A model generated the notes under the pieces. It saw only the letters and a list, made by a program, of their open reading frames with translations, was not told the origin of the DNA and did not search any database. This document shows, in pieces, positions 1 through 14,021 of a stretch of 64,000 nt of DNA. Position 1 is the stretch's first letter; each line of letters starts with the position of its first letter. This stretch comes from Phoronis australis (Eukaryota > Animalia > Phoronida). The stretch spans positions 711,161-775,160 of the forward strand of contig NMRA01000083.1 of assembly GCA_002633005.1 (NCBI GenBank), read 5' to 3'. The position numbers were made by a program, and so were the translations under genes.

Positions 1-3000
1 GATTGGTGTATGATTAGTACTTGAAAATGAAGTAAAATAAAATAACTTAGTAAAATAAAATAACTTAGCCGGATGTTCGAGAGCATGACCCTCGTAAATG
101 AAGTGACTGGCCACCCACTTTTGACGTTGGGAGGAAGCAACCGTCAATAAACAGACGGAGGGACGGGGCGGGACCGTGGAGGGCGTGCAACCTTCGCATG
201 GTGACCGGCACAGTTGTAGGGTAGGAGCAGAGGCATGCGACAATGGTATGCATGTGTAACGGTGTGCAAGTTTAACTGATAAACCGTGACAGGCTTTAGT
301 TGGAGTTCACTTTAAATTCTGTAAATTTCTTTGGAGAAGGCCCCCAACCCCCCGTAGGATACCCCTTCACCAGTACTCTCCCGAATGCTCATTTGGTACT
401 TGTATCTCTCTCGCAGTGCGCGCATCCCATCGAAGTGCCAAAAATCCATGCTGTGAATTACGGATCAGGAAAGTCTTTCAAGTTAACAACCGACAATCAT
501 CTCAAAATAGTCGTTCAGAGTGCCTTTAGTTTTTATTGTGTTTCATGATAACTCAGGACATCAAGCTTATTATCCTTTGGTAACCTACTCGATGTTCTTG
601 TTGGAACCGCCAACGGAATCTTAGAATCCTGTCACGGTAACTGAGGAATGCCATGATATCCGTCATTAGTGAGAGTAAAGGCTTGATTCGATTTTCGTTT
701 TTCAATCAGCTAAACAGGGCGAAAAGGAAATTTAAGGATTTCCATCTCTTTACATTGTCTCGGGTACCATTTTCGTGTTTCCCAGATGTTGATATGATCG
801 GCTTAAATGACCAATCAGAACGCAACCTTCTTGACACTCCTTCGTTTTCAAACCGCCATTTTACCCGACAGACAACAGGTTGCTGGGTAAAATTTTGGTT
901 TGTTTGTCAACAATACGCAAGGGGCGCAGCTTGCGATGAAACTAGTACAGGGAGTGTTGAATGACTCACACGCCCGCCAACGGTACTCACTGTCACAACG
1001 CCACCTATATGGGGATGCGTAACTCTCGTAGCATTGAGAAAGAGCCCCGCACGCCGGCACATGAACAGAACTTAATAACCGCGGCGGTTCTGTGGTACAT
1101 GCGCGCACCCAGCCTTCCATTTNACATGACGTTACAAAAAGCGGGGAGACTTTCCATAGGCGGATCTAAGGGGGGGGGGGGGGGGGGGGGGGGGCTCCTT
1201 CGAGCGGCCCCCCGGGTGCGCGCATGTGGTACTCTGCTACATTTGTGAAGTGGGGAAGGGGCGGGTGCAACTGAAAACCCACACATTTAAACAATGGAAT
1301 CTAAAAAGGGATCTTCGTAGGGAGCTTCCATGAAAAATTATCCTTCCGAAAGATTTTGTTCCATTGAGCGCCACCTTATGGGAGTTTTAAAATTAAAATT
1401 CCACAGCCTTTCATGGACGGCTGTCTGTTTATGCGGCATTTATTAAGTCCGAAACACTACAAAAAGACCCGTGTTATGCTGTTTCATCGAACTCCCAGGC
1501 AAGCTTCTGTAGAAAGTGCATCTTAACGTTGGAAGTCCTTGCTTAGTCACGCATGAGTGGTATGTCCCGTATTTCTCTTTCATAACAGCACACACCGCAC
1601 TGTGCGTGACCGGTCACCACCTGTGACCTGACCTAAAAGGTTCCAGGTTTTAGTCACGGCAGCAGTCTCCTCATGATCAGGCTATCCAGGATTTTACTAA
1701 TTTGTACGTACAAAGTAAATTTTCTATAGGCCCATCTAGGCCTACACAATTGAACTACAAAACGAGAGGGTTGCGAGCTATTAGCCTTTTGAAAATTCAG
1801 GGAGTATACAGTCCTCTTGAACAGCAAGCCTTTATTAATTCAAGTGTATTTCATCCTTGGGCGTGACCGGCGACTAATTACGTAGGTTCACCACATCTTA
1901 ACCACGCTACAGTGGCAACAGGTGTCTTGATAGTACGCGGTGTTGACAATAGATGTAGCAAACGTAGCATACTAGATGTTAGCGCTTCAAGTAGATTTAT
2001 TTTTTTTTTGCATTTATTTCATTCCGAAACCAAAACAAATAGGGATTTGTACTTGAAAAATATGCTGTGAAGCTGTGTTCAGTTCTTAATCTGATTACCA
2101 TTGAGGAGAGATGAAAAAACGAGACAAATGAAACGTGAGATAAGAAGGAAAATGAAAGAACTTTCGTCAAAATAATATTAACTAAAACAGAGATAATACT
2201 GAAAGTCAGTTACAATATAAACACCATGGACATTCGGTTTACACCCGGCCCTAAAAGGGGTTGGTACGAATTTTGTGATAACTGAACACTACTCAGTCCT
2301 TCGCTGTGTCATGCGCCGGCCCGGTCGTCACTGCAGACTTTTTTCCCAGCGGTAGTCAAAAAGGAAAGTGGGGAAACAAATTAGTCATGGTTCAAGCAAA
2401 TTTCAACTGCTGTCAAAACTACCCTTCTCCGCTCACATTTCGCTAAACTGCCCGGTTTGAACAACCTTACCTACGCTTCAATCCACTTGGGTAGCCATTA
2501 TGCTAATTCTACCGGTACAGTTTCCATAGAACTCTAGGGATCCATGGAATGCCCAACTCCCGCTCGTGACCGATAGGTCTATTACGCAACAGCTGCTCAA
2601 AGTAGCATTGTCTCTTCGTTACTATTTTGTTATTTTACAAAGTCCACTTTCTCTAGACACATAACAATCACAAAAATGTGTTCCGATGTCTCTTGTCAAA
2701 CTACATGTATGAGCAACACACACTACATGTATCAGCATCACAAATTTTTCCTTTCCTATACCGCAACTACTGTAATGAGCTATCCGCATTTTATTTCAAA
2801 TCTACACAATAGGTGTGTGTCCATTTTTTATCTATCAGAAAACCCTTATCTGCAAATTTCGGATACGTATCGTCACATCCTGAATTTTACTCTACTTGTA
2901 TCAAACGGGCCAATGGTCCAGTTAATATATAACGATGTGTACTGTTGTATGAATGCGTGACTAAACACTTTAAACAACTGTGAGGATCTATATTCTAAAA

Positions 3001-6000
3001 TCTTTGTCCTCAGTCAGCAGAGAAATAATTTCGATGATTCAAAAGACTGCTTAAGGATAATTAGTCACCATTTTTATGACCTACTGATTTATTACCTTTT
3101 TATGTTACTATTACAACCCAAATTTATCAACATTACACTTAAGTGGTAGGCTAATTAGTTTATTAATATGCCAATTAGTACATGAAGGACTTCGTTATTG
3201 CACTCTGTTATTTTTCGCATGTTGGTAACACTCTTGGTTTTTACAATTAAAACAATATTTTTTAAAACCTGTTAGGTATGCAAAATGATAATTATTTATG
3301 AAATAATTATTTATGTTTTGCCTTTGGTATAATTATATGTCATCAAGAGCTGATAAAGGGCTTTCTAATAATATGATTCTTATGCAATTCGGTTAAAAAA
3401 CGGCGAAGTTGCGAAAAGTTTTAATGACAGCAACGAAGGTGACATCTTCCCTATTGACCTAGATTTAAAATACATATTTGTTATCATTTGTCCTAGGTAC
3501 ATGATTTTAGTATCGTATTAGAGCTAAGCACGTTAGTTCCCATGTCCGCGTCCCAAATCGTGGAATTGCAAGCAAATGAGTTTCCGTTTGACAATATTTG
3601 GTGCCGATTGTCCGCTAAATATTCCAAAAATGTATGCAATTTGTTCTGAAGAAGTTTTAGGTGATAACAGTTCTAAAATTACTTCGTTTGTACTAAACAA
3701 ACAGTTCACCCAACTCCTATTCCTTAGCAAGAACCCACATCGGAACAAAACGAATGCAAACAAATCCCACGAATGCGCGGCGCAACCTCAGCCGCGCGAG
3801 ATCGTAATTTGGCATTCCGGGTTTACGGCGCATTTTCTCACGAGCTGCGTCGTTCTTTGTCATGGACAACTGCTAGTGAGCAACGTACTCAGTTCAAAAC
3901 TACATGAAAGAAAGGGTCTACCGTTCGTCGGGGATAACACGCACATAGTTCGTGAGTGAGGAAGAATGGGTACACTGCTCGAGAAGAAATGAAAGTCAAT
4001 CACAGTTTTGGGCGAATGAAATTGGCGTCACCCTTTGGGACATAACTCTGGTCCTGAGCCAAAACGTTTTTTAATTGATTTACGGAGGGCTATCTTATCG
4101 ATAAATTGTCGCTCACCTGAGATTAGACTTGAACACACCTTCATGCTTTTATGGGTAAAGTCGATTACATGTAAACCATCATGTTATTTTACCATGAGCA
4201 CTCTCTTCCTACGTCACTGACCTACGTCATATGCATGAATACCATGAAGTAGGCTGCACTCTTACAAACAAGTCTAAAAACATTCCTCTGCCTTGAGACC
4301 AAGATTACTCGTTACTATCAAAAGAGAGATCACCTGGTAAAGTACGAAGCAGCCGAATTTTCACGGGACGCGCACTTGCGCAACCAAACCTGGTGGCTTT
4401 TTGACATCAAACTTACTCGTCAGTGATCACCAGGGTGAGTGATCTGTTTGGGTACGCAAATAGTTTTTTTTTATCGTGGACAAATTGGAGACATATTCTG
4501 TTGGTTTGATACACCCTCGTTTAGGATGTAATCACAGGGAAGTTAGTAAAAATGATATGTCCCTCATGCTGCAAAGGTGACTAAATAGATAGTTAGAAAG
4601 TTCACGAATCAAGGAGTAACAGTTTTATAAATGCTGCAGCGACTTCACTGAAATGCAGCCACTTTTGAATCATGACCATTGTATATCCTGGATCAGGAAC
4701 TTTCAATTTGACTATCAAATCTGCATTATCTTTCGGATTATTTTCTTTCACCGCATGTCTCCCAGTTTTGTCCGTCTATACCATGATTGGTATGTCGTTG
4801 AAATCGACAAACCACACCACTCCCCATTGTGTATTTTGTGAAATTGCGTGATCTCCTCGATCTTTTCTTCAGCAAACTGATTGGTCTATGTCTTCACAGC
4901 ACAATTCTTCGGCAAATAGTGTGGACACACCACCACAACCTAAAGTCATGTCCGCACTGCGAGTTACCCTAGAACAACTCGCCCTTGCCGAGCAACTTTC
5001 CCCGTTCAGCCACTAGCGTCCTCACTACGCACCCTACACCCTGGGACAAATATGTTGGAAAGTGTATCTGAGCAAGCGCATCCGCGGTACCTTCCGCCTT
5101 CTGCAGGTTTATCCACATTACGACTTTTGCTGTGGCAAGTTACCTTAGAACAAGTTCCTTACCTTGATAAGGTGGAGTAAGTTGTCACCCGTGTGTCAAG
5201 TTCTTCACTCCCTGTTGATGTTTGCCTGAAAGCCTTTTCATTTTCCTACTATTCTTTTAAAAGTTCTTTCAGTGGATTGAGTTTTTGCGGAAACCTCATT
5301 AGATATGACGACACTTGAGTGAGTACCCGCAATCATTACGGCGGCCACTTTAGGTGGGGTTGCACCACCAAAAATAAAAGTTAAACTAAGAAATCCTACT
5401 CAGTTCAAATGAGTTAGAAAGTATATGAAGTTGTATTGAATGAGCATTGTGCGGGATAAGTTTCGACTGAACTAACATGCGATAAAATCCGTTTTACACG
5501 AAGTTTTTAAGAAAAATGAAACCCTGTCTACACCTCTAACTGCCTCTAACATTCCTGCTACAAATCATTTCAAAGCGTGTCGCAGGCTGTGGTGCATTTG
5601 TGGCTCCGCCCATAAGGCTACCAAGGCTAGCGACAATCGAGAACGAGCCGCACAACAAATGAGAATGTGTTCTGGATTAGGCCTAGCCGCCAATGAACAA
5701 GGAAGGGTCAAGTACTGCGTGGTGATGTTTGAGAAACAAATACCGTGTCCAGATATGGAACGAGAAAGCAGATAGGACGTCTATAGCTGATTAAAACGAG
5801 CGTTCTCAAAAGCCTTCAATCGTCCGTCTTTGAATAACATATGCGCACGTGAAATGCTGATGGCCAATCATGCACGTGCGATCACGGTGGGCGTACGAAG
5901 TCTGTCCACAAGCTACATCATTGGAATGCAGCATTTTCACAGAAAGAAGGCAGATCTGCCGTCTTACTATAGGTCGGACGACAAGACGGCAGCTCAAACG

Positions 6001-8731
6001 TATGACGATTGTTCACATGTGATAAAATAACCAGATCTCCACTTCTATCATGTGTGAAACATTTCTGCCATAAAACCTTTAAGAACCTGACCTGGTTGTG
6101 GCGCATATTACGACAAATCGTAATAATTATATAAAATTCTAATGGGAAGGTCTTCACATTTTGTTAGCATTTTCAGGATTACCTGCGAGTCCACAACACT
6201 ATCGGGAAGGGCCTAACTAACCGGGCCCTGGTAATGCGAGATCTGCTTATACATCAGCCAGTTTGTATTCACGTTTAGTTGCCAAACATCGAACAATGTG
6301 GTAAACCTATGTGATACAGATGGGTCAAGTGCGTGGTCATTTTTGGGAAGCAAAGTGCAGTCTTCTGTATTAGATTTCACAGGCGTTTTTAGTCGCAAGT
6401 TGTGCACGATGAACCTACGCGACACCAGCTTTCAGCTTATCAGGCGAGGCCTCACAAGGTTTCATATCGTGGTGTCAAAATAAGTTGTTGCTGGGAGCGA
6501 CCAGAGTAGATGCAGATTCGACCCAGATAAAATGTTTTAGTTTCTACCCTCAAATGAACAAATAAAAACACAACGTATATGCCTGGTCTTAGTGTCGTCC
6601 ATAAAAACACATATTCCAAAACTGAAAAAAAAAACTGTTGTAAATTGGCTACAAGGTGGATTTGTATAAATTGTTATATTGTATCAGGCAGCACGTTTAC
6701 ATAATAGCGAGTCCCTGGCACCACTTATGAACTCAAAAAAAGCTAGAAGTGTTGAAAATTTACTGTCTTCATCACATCTGCTGTCGTCATCATCATTCTC
6801 CTCATCATCGTCGTCATCATATTCATACTGATGCTGTCTATTTGTCCTCACATTTTACGTTCTATTACTTTCAACTTCATTATAATTTTTGTTTACACTC
6901 ATCTTGTCATATGTTGCAACACAACCAAAGTAAAAACAACAACCTTGTTTGACTCCGTAAATTCCGACAACAAGTCAATCAAACAATCAATTTCGTTTTT
7001 GTAATAAAGGCCATAGGTCCATCGACAACAACATTTTAAATATAAAAGCACGTAACAAATTCCTACGAAATCGAGTACGAAATACTACACAATTGACAGA
7101 TGTTAAGAAGTTGTAAATTTTGATTTCTTGAGACCAGCATAATAACTGGAAGGGGGTATTTTAAGAAGTTTGAACCAATATTTGACAATCGATGACAGAG
7201 CACTCGAATATCGGCAGCCTTCCACGTTCGCTCAACACCGCCTCGTTTGAGCGGGGATTAGCTTCACCCAACACACATTTAACATAGGACATATAACCAA
7301 TCGTGGTCTTCAAAGCCCCATATTTCGGCTACATAACCCATTTTATCAAATTCCAACACAAATTCCAACAAGTCTACAACTAATATGTGTACTTACAGTT
7401 GTTTATTGTCGAGTCAACACAAGTGCGTTTTCTAAGATTATATCTGCACTTCAAAATGACAATTTTATTACTTGGGACAGTCCATTAAGCATTTGGGGGA
7501 AACACAGGAACTTAGCCCCCTGTGGACATTCTACTAGATTATTGACGAAGGGGTGCAGCTAAAAATAGGATACCCACCCTTCTAGAGAGCGAACTAAAAA
7601 AAGAACCACTTGTAGGAAGATTCCATCAAAAAGTCACCCTTCCGTAGAATTTTGTTCAAGAAATATTACCTTTTGTAGGGGTTAATTCTATGAACTTGAG
7701 TCTCTATAGGGATTCTTGGACTACTGAAATTTTAATCATTCAAGCCAGAAATAGTTCAAGAGGGAATGACACGCTTTCAAAAATGATTACATAATTTACA
7801 ACGAAAGATTTTGAAATATATGTGGAGTTAATTATGAAAATCCATCTGTAGATTTGTGTTCGGTTTGAAAAATGAACTTGTTTGCAGATTGTTGAATTTC
7901 CAAAGTAAATCCATTCTTACGTAATTTTGATAGCAAAGGCACCATCTCGTAAGGAAAGTGCAGGTCGTGAAAAAGTCATCATTCAGAGCGGTTTGTCTTA
8001 TATACTTCGACCGTCTTTCGGAGTACTTTGGGCTTGGCCCATTGCACACATAGTAACGATCACATGTTAACCCAGGGCGTCGACCAGCACGCACTCAACA
8101 TCCAATTTGCACAAATATAATACTAGGTGCACCATAAACGTGCTCAGATTCATCAGGTTTTAGAGATTTACGTCAACTGATATGTCTCACCGAAATTAAC
8201 AAACATTTTTGTTTTTAGTGAATTAAATATATGTAAAAAATACGCAGTTTCAATCATTTTGAATGGTTCCTTTTGAGCTGCCCGCTTGAACTAGTCCATA
8301 GAGTGATGCATGGATTAACAAATATACCGACGTGAACACAACACGTGATGCAAGCGAGAAGTGAAATAACTGGCTGTAAAGCATGGCAATGCGAAAGTAT
8401 TCCAGCAATTAAAGAACGAGGCAAAAGCAAACTAAATAAGCAACAGATGAATGCTTAAAGGGGCTACGAATCCTCCTTCGCCACAAGAACCAATTTTTGA
8501 TTTATATCACTTAAGTATTACGAAATTGGACTAAAATAGACGTGACTTCTTGGCTTGGAAGGAGATGCTAGCAGTTAACTTGTTATTTTATTCACAAAGT
8601 AAGTTCTCTAGGAACAGCAAATTGTCAGCACTTTGCAAGACCAAACATCTCTTCTCATCTACGTGAGGAGCAAGTTGTACCACATCACAGCTGATTGAAA
8701 TTATTCACGGTTTACACTTAGAATTTCTTAA

Positions 8732-10671
8732 GGTTACCTCAAACCTTATTTAGCGACCTCCATTCTAACTCATATATCAAAAAACAGACTATGTCAACCT
8801 GCAAAAGTATATATTTTCTGAAAGAAAAAAACACAGATTATCAAAATATGATTTATACTTATGTGGCATTACTATTATTGCTTAACCAAATTTTTAAAAT
8901 CAAAATTTCAATTTTTAGAAAGTTGCAATTATAGCAAAACATCCCCTTGGTTAATTTTAATGAAATCCTTTTTAAATGAAAACTTCATAATTTATCTCAA
9001 AAACGTTGTTAGGAATTTCCGATTTGGTTTTATTTCTATGCCAAATTAACTCGCAAAACGTAGGATATTTCTGTAATAATTAGCAGTCGTATTCGTATAC
9101 CTTACGGTACGCAAAAACCAGGCGTTTAAAAGGAAACGCACATTGCGTTTTTGAGACTGGTGAATAAATATAAAGTTTGGAAAATTTCAATGAAATTCAT
9201 GGAGCTGTTTTTGAGAACTCGTGTTCCTAAGTTCAAATCAAGTCAATTTGCCGAAGGAGAGAAAAAGCCGGAAACGTTACTAGTAGTGAAAACCTGAAGG
9301 TTTCCGATTAATTATTCGGTGAAAACTTGCTTTGGTCAATATAACCTATACATGATACAGTGACCTTGTTGCTATTGGAACATTCACTCGTAATGTCAAC
9401 TAAATTGACAGTGCTTAATTGAATTAATTATCAATAATTTTGTGAAGTCGGTTGACAATGAATCGAGCGACACCTCGGGTTAGGGGTGGAGTTTACCTCT
9501 TGACCTATTAAAATAGGTCAACAGTAACCGTACACAACACATGACCGACGAAGCACCCGCGCGGGACACTGAAAAAAACCAAGTTCGATTGAACTGTAGA
9601 ATACAAATCGAGTATCTGTGGTTAAAGCGCGCCGAGTTCGAAACAGCGAAACGTCAGATTACCAGTGAAATGAATGAATTTGGGTGAGGATTTATCCTTT
9701 TTTCACAACTTGCTGTGTGATACTTGTGGACGCCATGCACCGACTGGGTCTGTTACTGCAGACTGCCATGTTATGTTATTCTGATTTACGCGTACGAATA
9801 CGCGTGTTTCCCGCCTTGTAAGTAGACTTGTTACTGTGTAGTTCTTGCGCCAGATATGTCGCTTTCTCTGACTATTTATTCTCGTGCCGCCTTTTCCGAA
9901 TGTCATTCCACAAACGTTTATTGTGGATAAACGTCCAATGTACATAGTTATTTTCCACGGAATTTTGGTTGGACTTGGGAAGATATCGGCGTAAGTTCTC
10001 GTGTTTCTTGATATAAACTAGTTTATTTACATTCATTAATACTAGTTTTCCCCTGTTCTGTCAGGTGTATTTAACGTTTTGAACGCTTGCTATTAATGTA
10101 TGCCCTTTGCCCGTCGTCATTTTTTTGGGCGTTGTCCGGAGAAGTGAATTGTTATTAACATGGTATAGTATTATGTAACGTGTAAATTTGAACATAGTTT
10201 TTTTGCTATGTTTCAGTTTGCCTACTACTACGTTATTCTGCTGACAATGAAAGAGTAAAGCCTCCCTGAGCCTGTTTTGCTTTGCTCCAACACGGTCCAT
10301 TCGTGATAACGTTAGCAATGGTTGTATGTTGGCAGACGGCAGCTCTCTCAGAATCATACGCTATGTCTTCGTATTCCGCAGCATATTTCCATGCTGTGCA
10401 CACCTCTACGTTAACTTAATTTTATGGCGACTCGGTGAATTGTGGAAAAGCCAAGCGGGAGATTCGATTTGATTCGACCTTGGATATCAAGTAAATAAAT
10501 ATCCGCATGGTTGAAGGCCACAAAGGTGGTTCGACTAAATGTTTTTTTTCTCACTACGCGGTATATATTTCGTATTTGAAGTTCCCCGAAAATGAAGTCA
10601 AAGTATTTTGCTAGACACATATGAAATATTACAAAAACGCCCAATTTTTGTTAACAAGATTTGAGATAACC
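8732..10671. mobile_element. Kolobok-like non-autonomous element with TTAA target duplication
   Basis: TTAA-GGTTACCTCAAACCTT ... AAGATTTGAGATAACC-TTAA imperfect TIRs; no coding capacity recognised. Confidence 0.65.
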
Positions 10672-13403
10672 TTAAGAGTACCAATGTTCGGTCGGCTGTT
10701 TTTCTGGATGTGACCTCTGCTTTGATACGGTGCCTCGTGATCTTACGTTGTTAAAGCTTCGTAAGTACAGGAATCTGTGGAACTGTGCACGATTTTCTTC
10801 AGTCACATCTTTTAAATAGACCTATAGCGGTGCGTGTGGATGGTGGTGTTTCTGATGAATCGCGTATTAGGTGCTGGTGTACTGAAGCCGTTGCTTTCTT
10901 CTAATATTTGTTAATGACCTACCCGACAGGTTGTATTCTAAAACGTTTATAAATGATGGCGATGCAACTATTTTCTTTCCTTATCCAAAAACAAATCCGA
11001 AAATTTTAACATGATTGGAATGGACGATATATACCATCTAAATAGACTGGCTCGTAGGGACTTTGGAAACATCCGTAAACTAAGCACGTTGCACGTAACG
11101 GCATTCTGGCCTCTTAGTCAGACAAATGACCATTGCTTTGAGTATAGTTTCACGTTTGGTTGTTGAATATTGGCAACCTGGTGTACTTGTCAAAACATAC
11201 CTGTAACTGCTCAAAAATTCTTATGCTTTATCCCCCGACTTTGAACGTGGGCTGAAGTTTCTCAGCCTTGTAGGTTAATCATAGATTTACCGAATTTCAT
11301 AAAAAATCGGTATTTCCGCAGAAAAGGTTTATGAACTGGAACGAGAAACTTAAAATTGTATCAAGAAAATAATCATTTTTCTAATTCGCCAACACTTATT
11401 AGTTGTCAATTTGCAAAAAATAAAGCATGAAAAACTGATGAAATCAATGTATAAAACCTGAAAATATTACCTCCAGTCACAGCAAAACCCTCAGTCTTTC
11501 CTCTATGACACTCGCCAACAAAATTGTTTATTTGCAGGAACCGTGCGCCAAGTTTTCCAAATGTTAAACAAGCTTTAATTATGGCGAGGCGTGACTGTCC
11601 ATATCTTCTTGGCGTAACCGCCGCAAGCAATGGGAATAGCCAGCTTTCAGGTTGGTGTGTAAAGACGTAGGAATAAACCCAGCGTCCATCAATCACATAA
11701 AACAGTTCAAGATTCAAAGCATTTATCGAAGTTATGAATCTGGTCTCAAGTTGTTGCTTAGTGAAACTGAAGTGGATTTCAGGGCATGGAAAGAAGTGGC
11801 AGCTCGTTACGGCTATCGCACAAGAGTTCGACTAAGCACTTTGCTAAAAGGCGAGACTTCGCCAGATCACGTGAAATATTGCGCGTATTTCAAATAAGAT
11901 TGACACCTGATTTTGACTAGTAACGAGGTTCCAGCGTTAACTGAACTCTAACCTGACTTCATAAGTTGGCTCGTCACGCCGTGGTCTCAAAACATAACGA
12001 ACCGTTCGATATTTCGGCAAACCCGGAAATCCCTTCTTATATAGGATTGGCGAACAACTTCTATTTGAAACCAATTTTCAACGGCGGCAAGTAGTCTGAA
12101 TCAAAAACTCGCTTCTCTGACGATCGAGGGTTTCTTGGCTTCCGCTTTAAACACAGGGAATTTGAAAATCATGAGATAAACTTTTTATCAAACGCAGATT
12201 AAGACACCATTACAGAGCACGTACGTTGCATGTGTGATCGGCCAGTTAGCCAATTAAGAGGGTTTTGTTACGTACTGAATGTATGTGCCGAGCACATTAA
12301 GAGACACGTACACGGATATAAAATTTTCCAAAATTATTCTAATTTTGATTGTTAACGTTTGATAATTAATCGCCCATGAAAATGAATTAGCGCGATTCTC
12401 GTCAACGGCAGTTAGGCCTACATCAGTCTCTATGGTTAAGTTGATTGCGGCAGATACAGTTGAGTTAACATCTCAGTGTACCAGTCGAAACTCAGTCAAG
12501 ATTTCCCTGCCCAGTTGTGGAATGGGAACGCAAGGTAGGCCGTATACGTATTAACGGGATTTAACAGATTCATTCACAATGAAGCAGCAGGTGCAACCTG
12601 GGACCCAATTATGGATTCGTAAACAATACCACAAATTCGATTTCACACGCTTCATTAGAACGCACGCCCTTTTCCGGGCTGAATGAAATCTTCCTCACTC
12701 ACGAACCGCAGAAATTCTCATTGCACTGAGCCACTTTCAGTTCTAGTTTGGAGCAAACTCAAGAGAAACGTCGTTTTGAGCACCAGCATATCATGTTTAT
12801 AAAAATGAGTTCACAGGCCAAGTTTGCATTCGATGACCCCTATATAGATTCACGCTTAAAACTCCAGATTTCGAGTAAAAACTCGATATTTTAGATTTCA
12901 GACTCGAAATTTTAACGTTAATGGTGGGGGCCATTATGTAGGCCTACAATTTAGGACTCGACAGATATCCACGTCAGCCAGTATTTACTGGAGCACACAT
13001 TAATAGAGACTTGAGCTTGCACCAAAGTAAAATAGGAAAATGCCAAAAAAACTTCGAGTTCGATATCGAGTATAAAGATTAGACCACTAACCCAGATCTT
13101 TTTCATGAATGTTTTCTCAGAACGACCGTGCAGTTCCCGAGAGAGGTCCCGACTCAGACTACCAGGTACTGTTCATTATCTTCTAACGCTGCGCAGCTGC
13201 CACTATGCGTGAATTCGCCTTGAGTAAAACTGCAATATTAGCGAACACTTCGTGAATATTGCGCCCACGTGAACACAACCCACATTAGAGTTCAAAGAAT
13301 GAACTAAAAAAACCCCGCCTTCTCTCATTTAAAACAGGTGGGGGAAGGCTAGACAATTACATCGCCCTGGATGCCGCAGGCATACGGGGGGCGATAGTAG
13401 GCC

Positions 13404-14021
13404 TACATCCCCATAAAAAGTTACGCATTTCAAAATACAGCAAATAAAATCGAATGAAACATGCACAAATGCACATGGAGTTAAAATTATCACATAATTT
13501 AGTCAACATAACTTGAACATATCCATGAAAATCTGTCGCGGTTCCGGGCGCTCGAGTTTCTCTCACCGGGTGCCATTTTGAGGAAGTAATGAGAAATCAC
13601 GCCTGTTAACGAACAAAAAGTCTAAAAAGCACATAACTCACAAATTCCACCTGATATCTGCCACGCGCCAGGTCACGCGCTTCGCTCAGTCTCGCGCTAG
13701 CCTTTGCCTAACTCACGTGACTCAGTTGAAATATTTTGTGGTTATTGCGCACGCGGTGAAAAGGTTAACGGTGACCAAAAAGTGGAGTTGGAATTCTTAT
13801 GCTTCATCGAAGATATGTGTAGAAGCAGAAAGAATCACTGAAGAAAGTTAGCTCATTTTTAAGTAATAGTTTTGAGTGTAGAATGTATTTTTGACGAGGT
13901 GAAAACTCAAAATCGGTGGCCTACCGCCCGTTTATAATACATGGAACGAAATGCGCACAGAACGCGATGGGAAGTATTGTAGCCCCTAACCGGCCAACCG
14001 AGTGGCTACGTGTTGCCTAGG
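13404..14021 (+). repeat. Diverged direct copy of three segments around the BANP promoter (27312-27702, 28870-28903, 29752-29975)
   Basis: Shared strings catccccataaaaagttac, ctcagttgaaatattttgtggttat, gtgaccaaaaagtggagttggaattctt, gaatgtatttttgacgaggtgaaaactc and gctacgtgttgcctagg, in colinear order. Confidence 0.9.
13560..13760 (-). promoter_or_regulatory. Candidate promoter and tiny first coding exon (M-A-P|GTGAG) of an unidentified minus-strand gene
   Basis: Minus strand reads cttcctcaaaATGGCACCCG|GTGAG (ATG 13576, donor 13566). A YY1-type AAAATGGC overlaps the ATG and an E-box CACGTGAC lies at ~13714. No downstream exons were identified. Confidence 0.35.

Noticed and set aside
10900-11960. 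Possible THAP/transposase remnant (IFFPYPK and the 11652-11897 ORF)
   Set aside because: Too little motif support to assign
8455-13990. GGGGCTAC...GTAGCCCC as TIRs of a 5.5-kb element
   Set aside because: Short match, no right-hand TTAA, and the right end lies inside the duplicated promoter-like block
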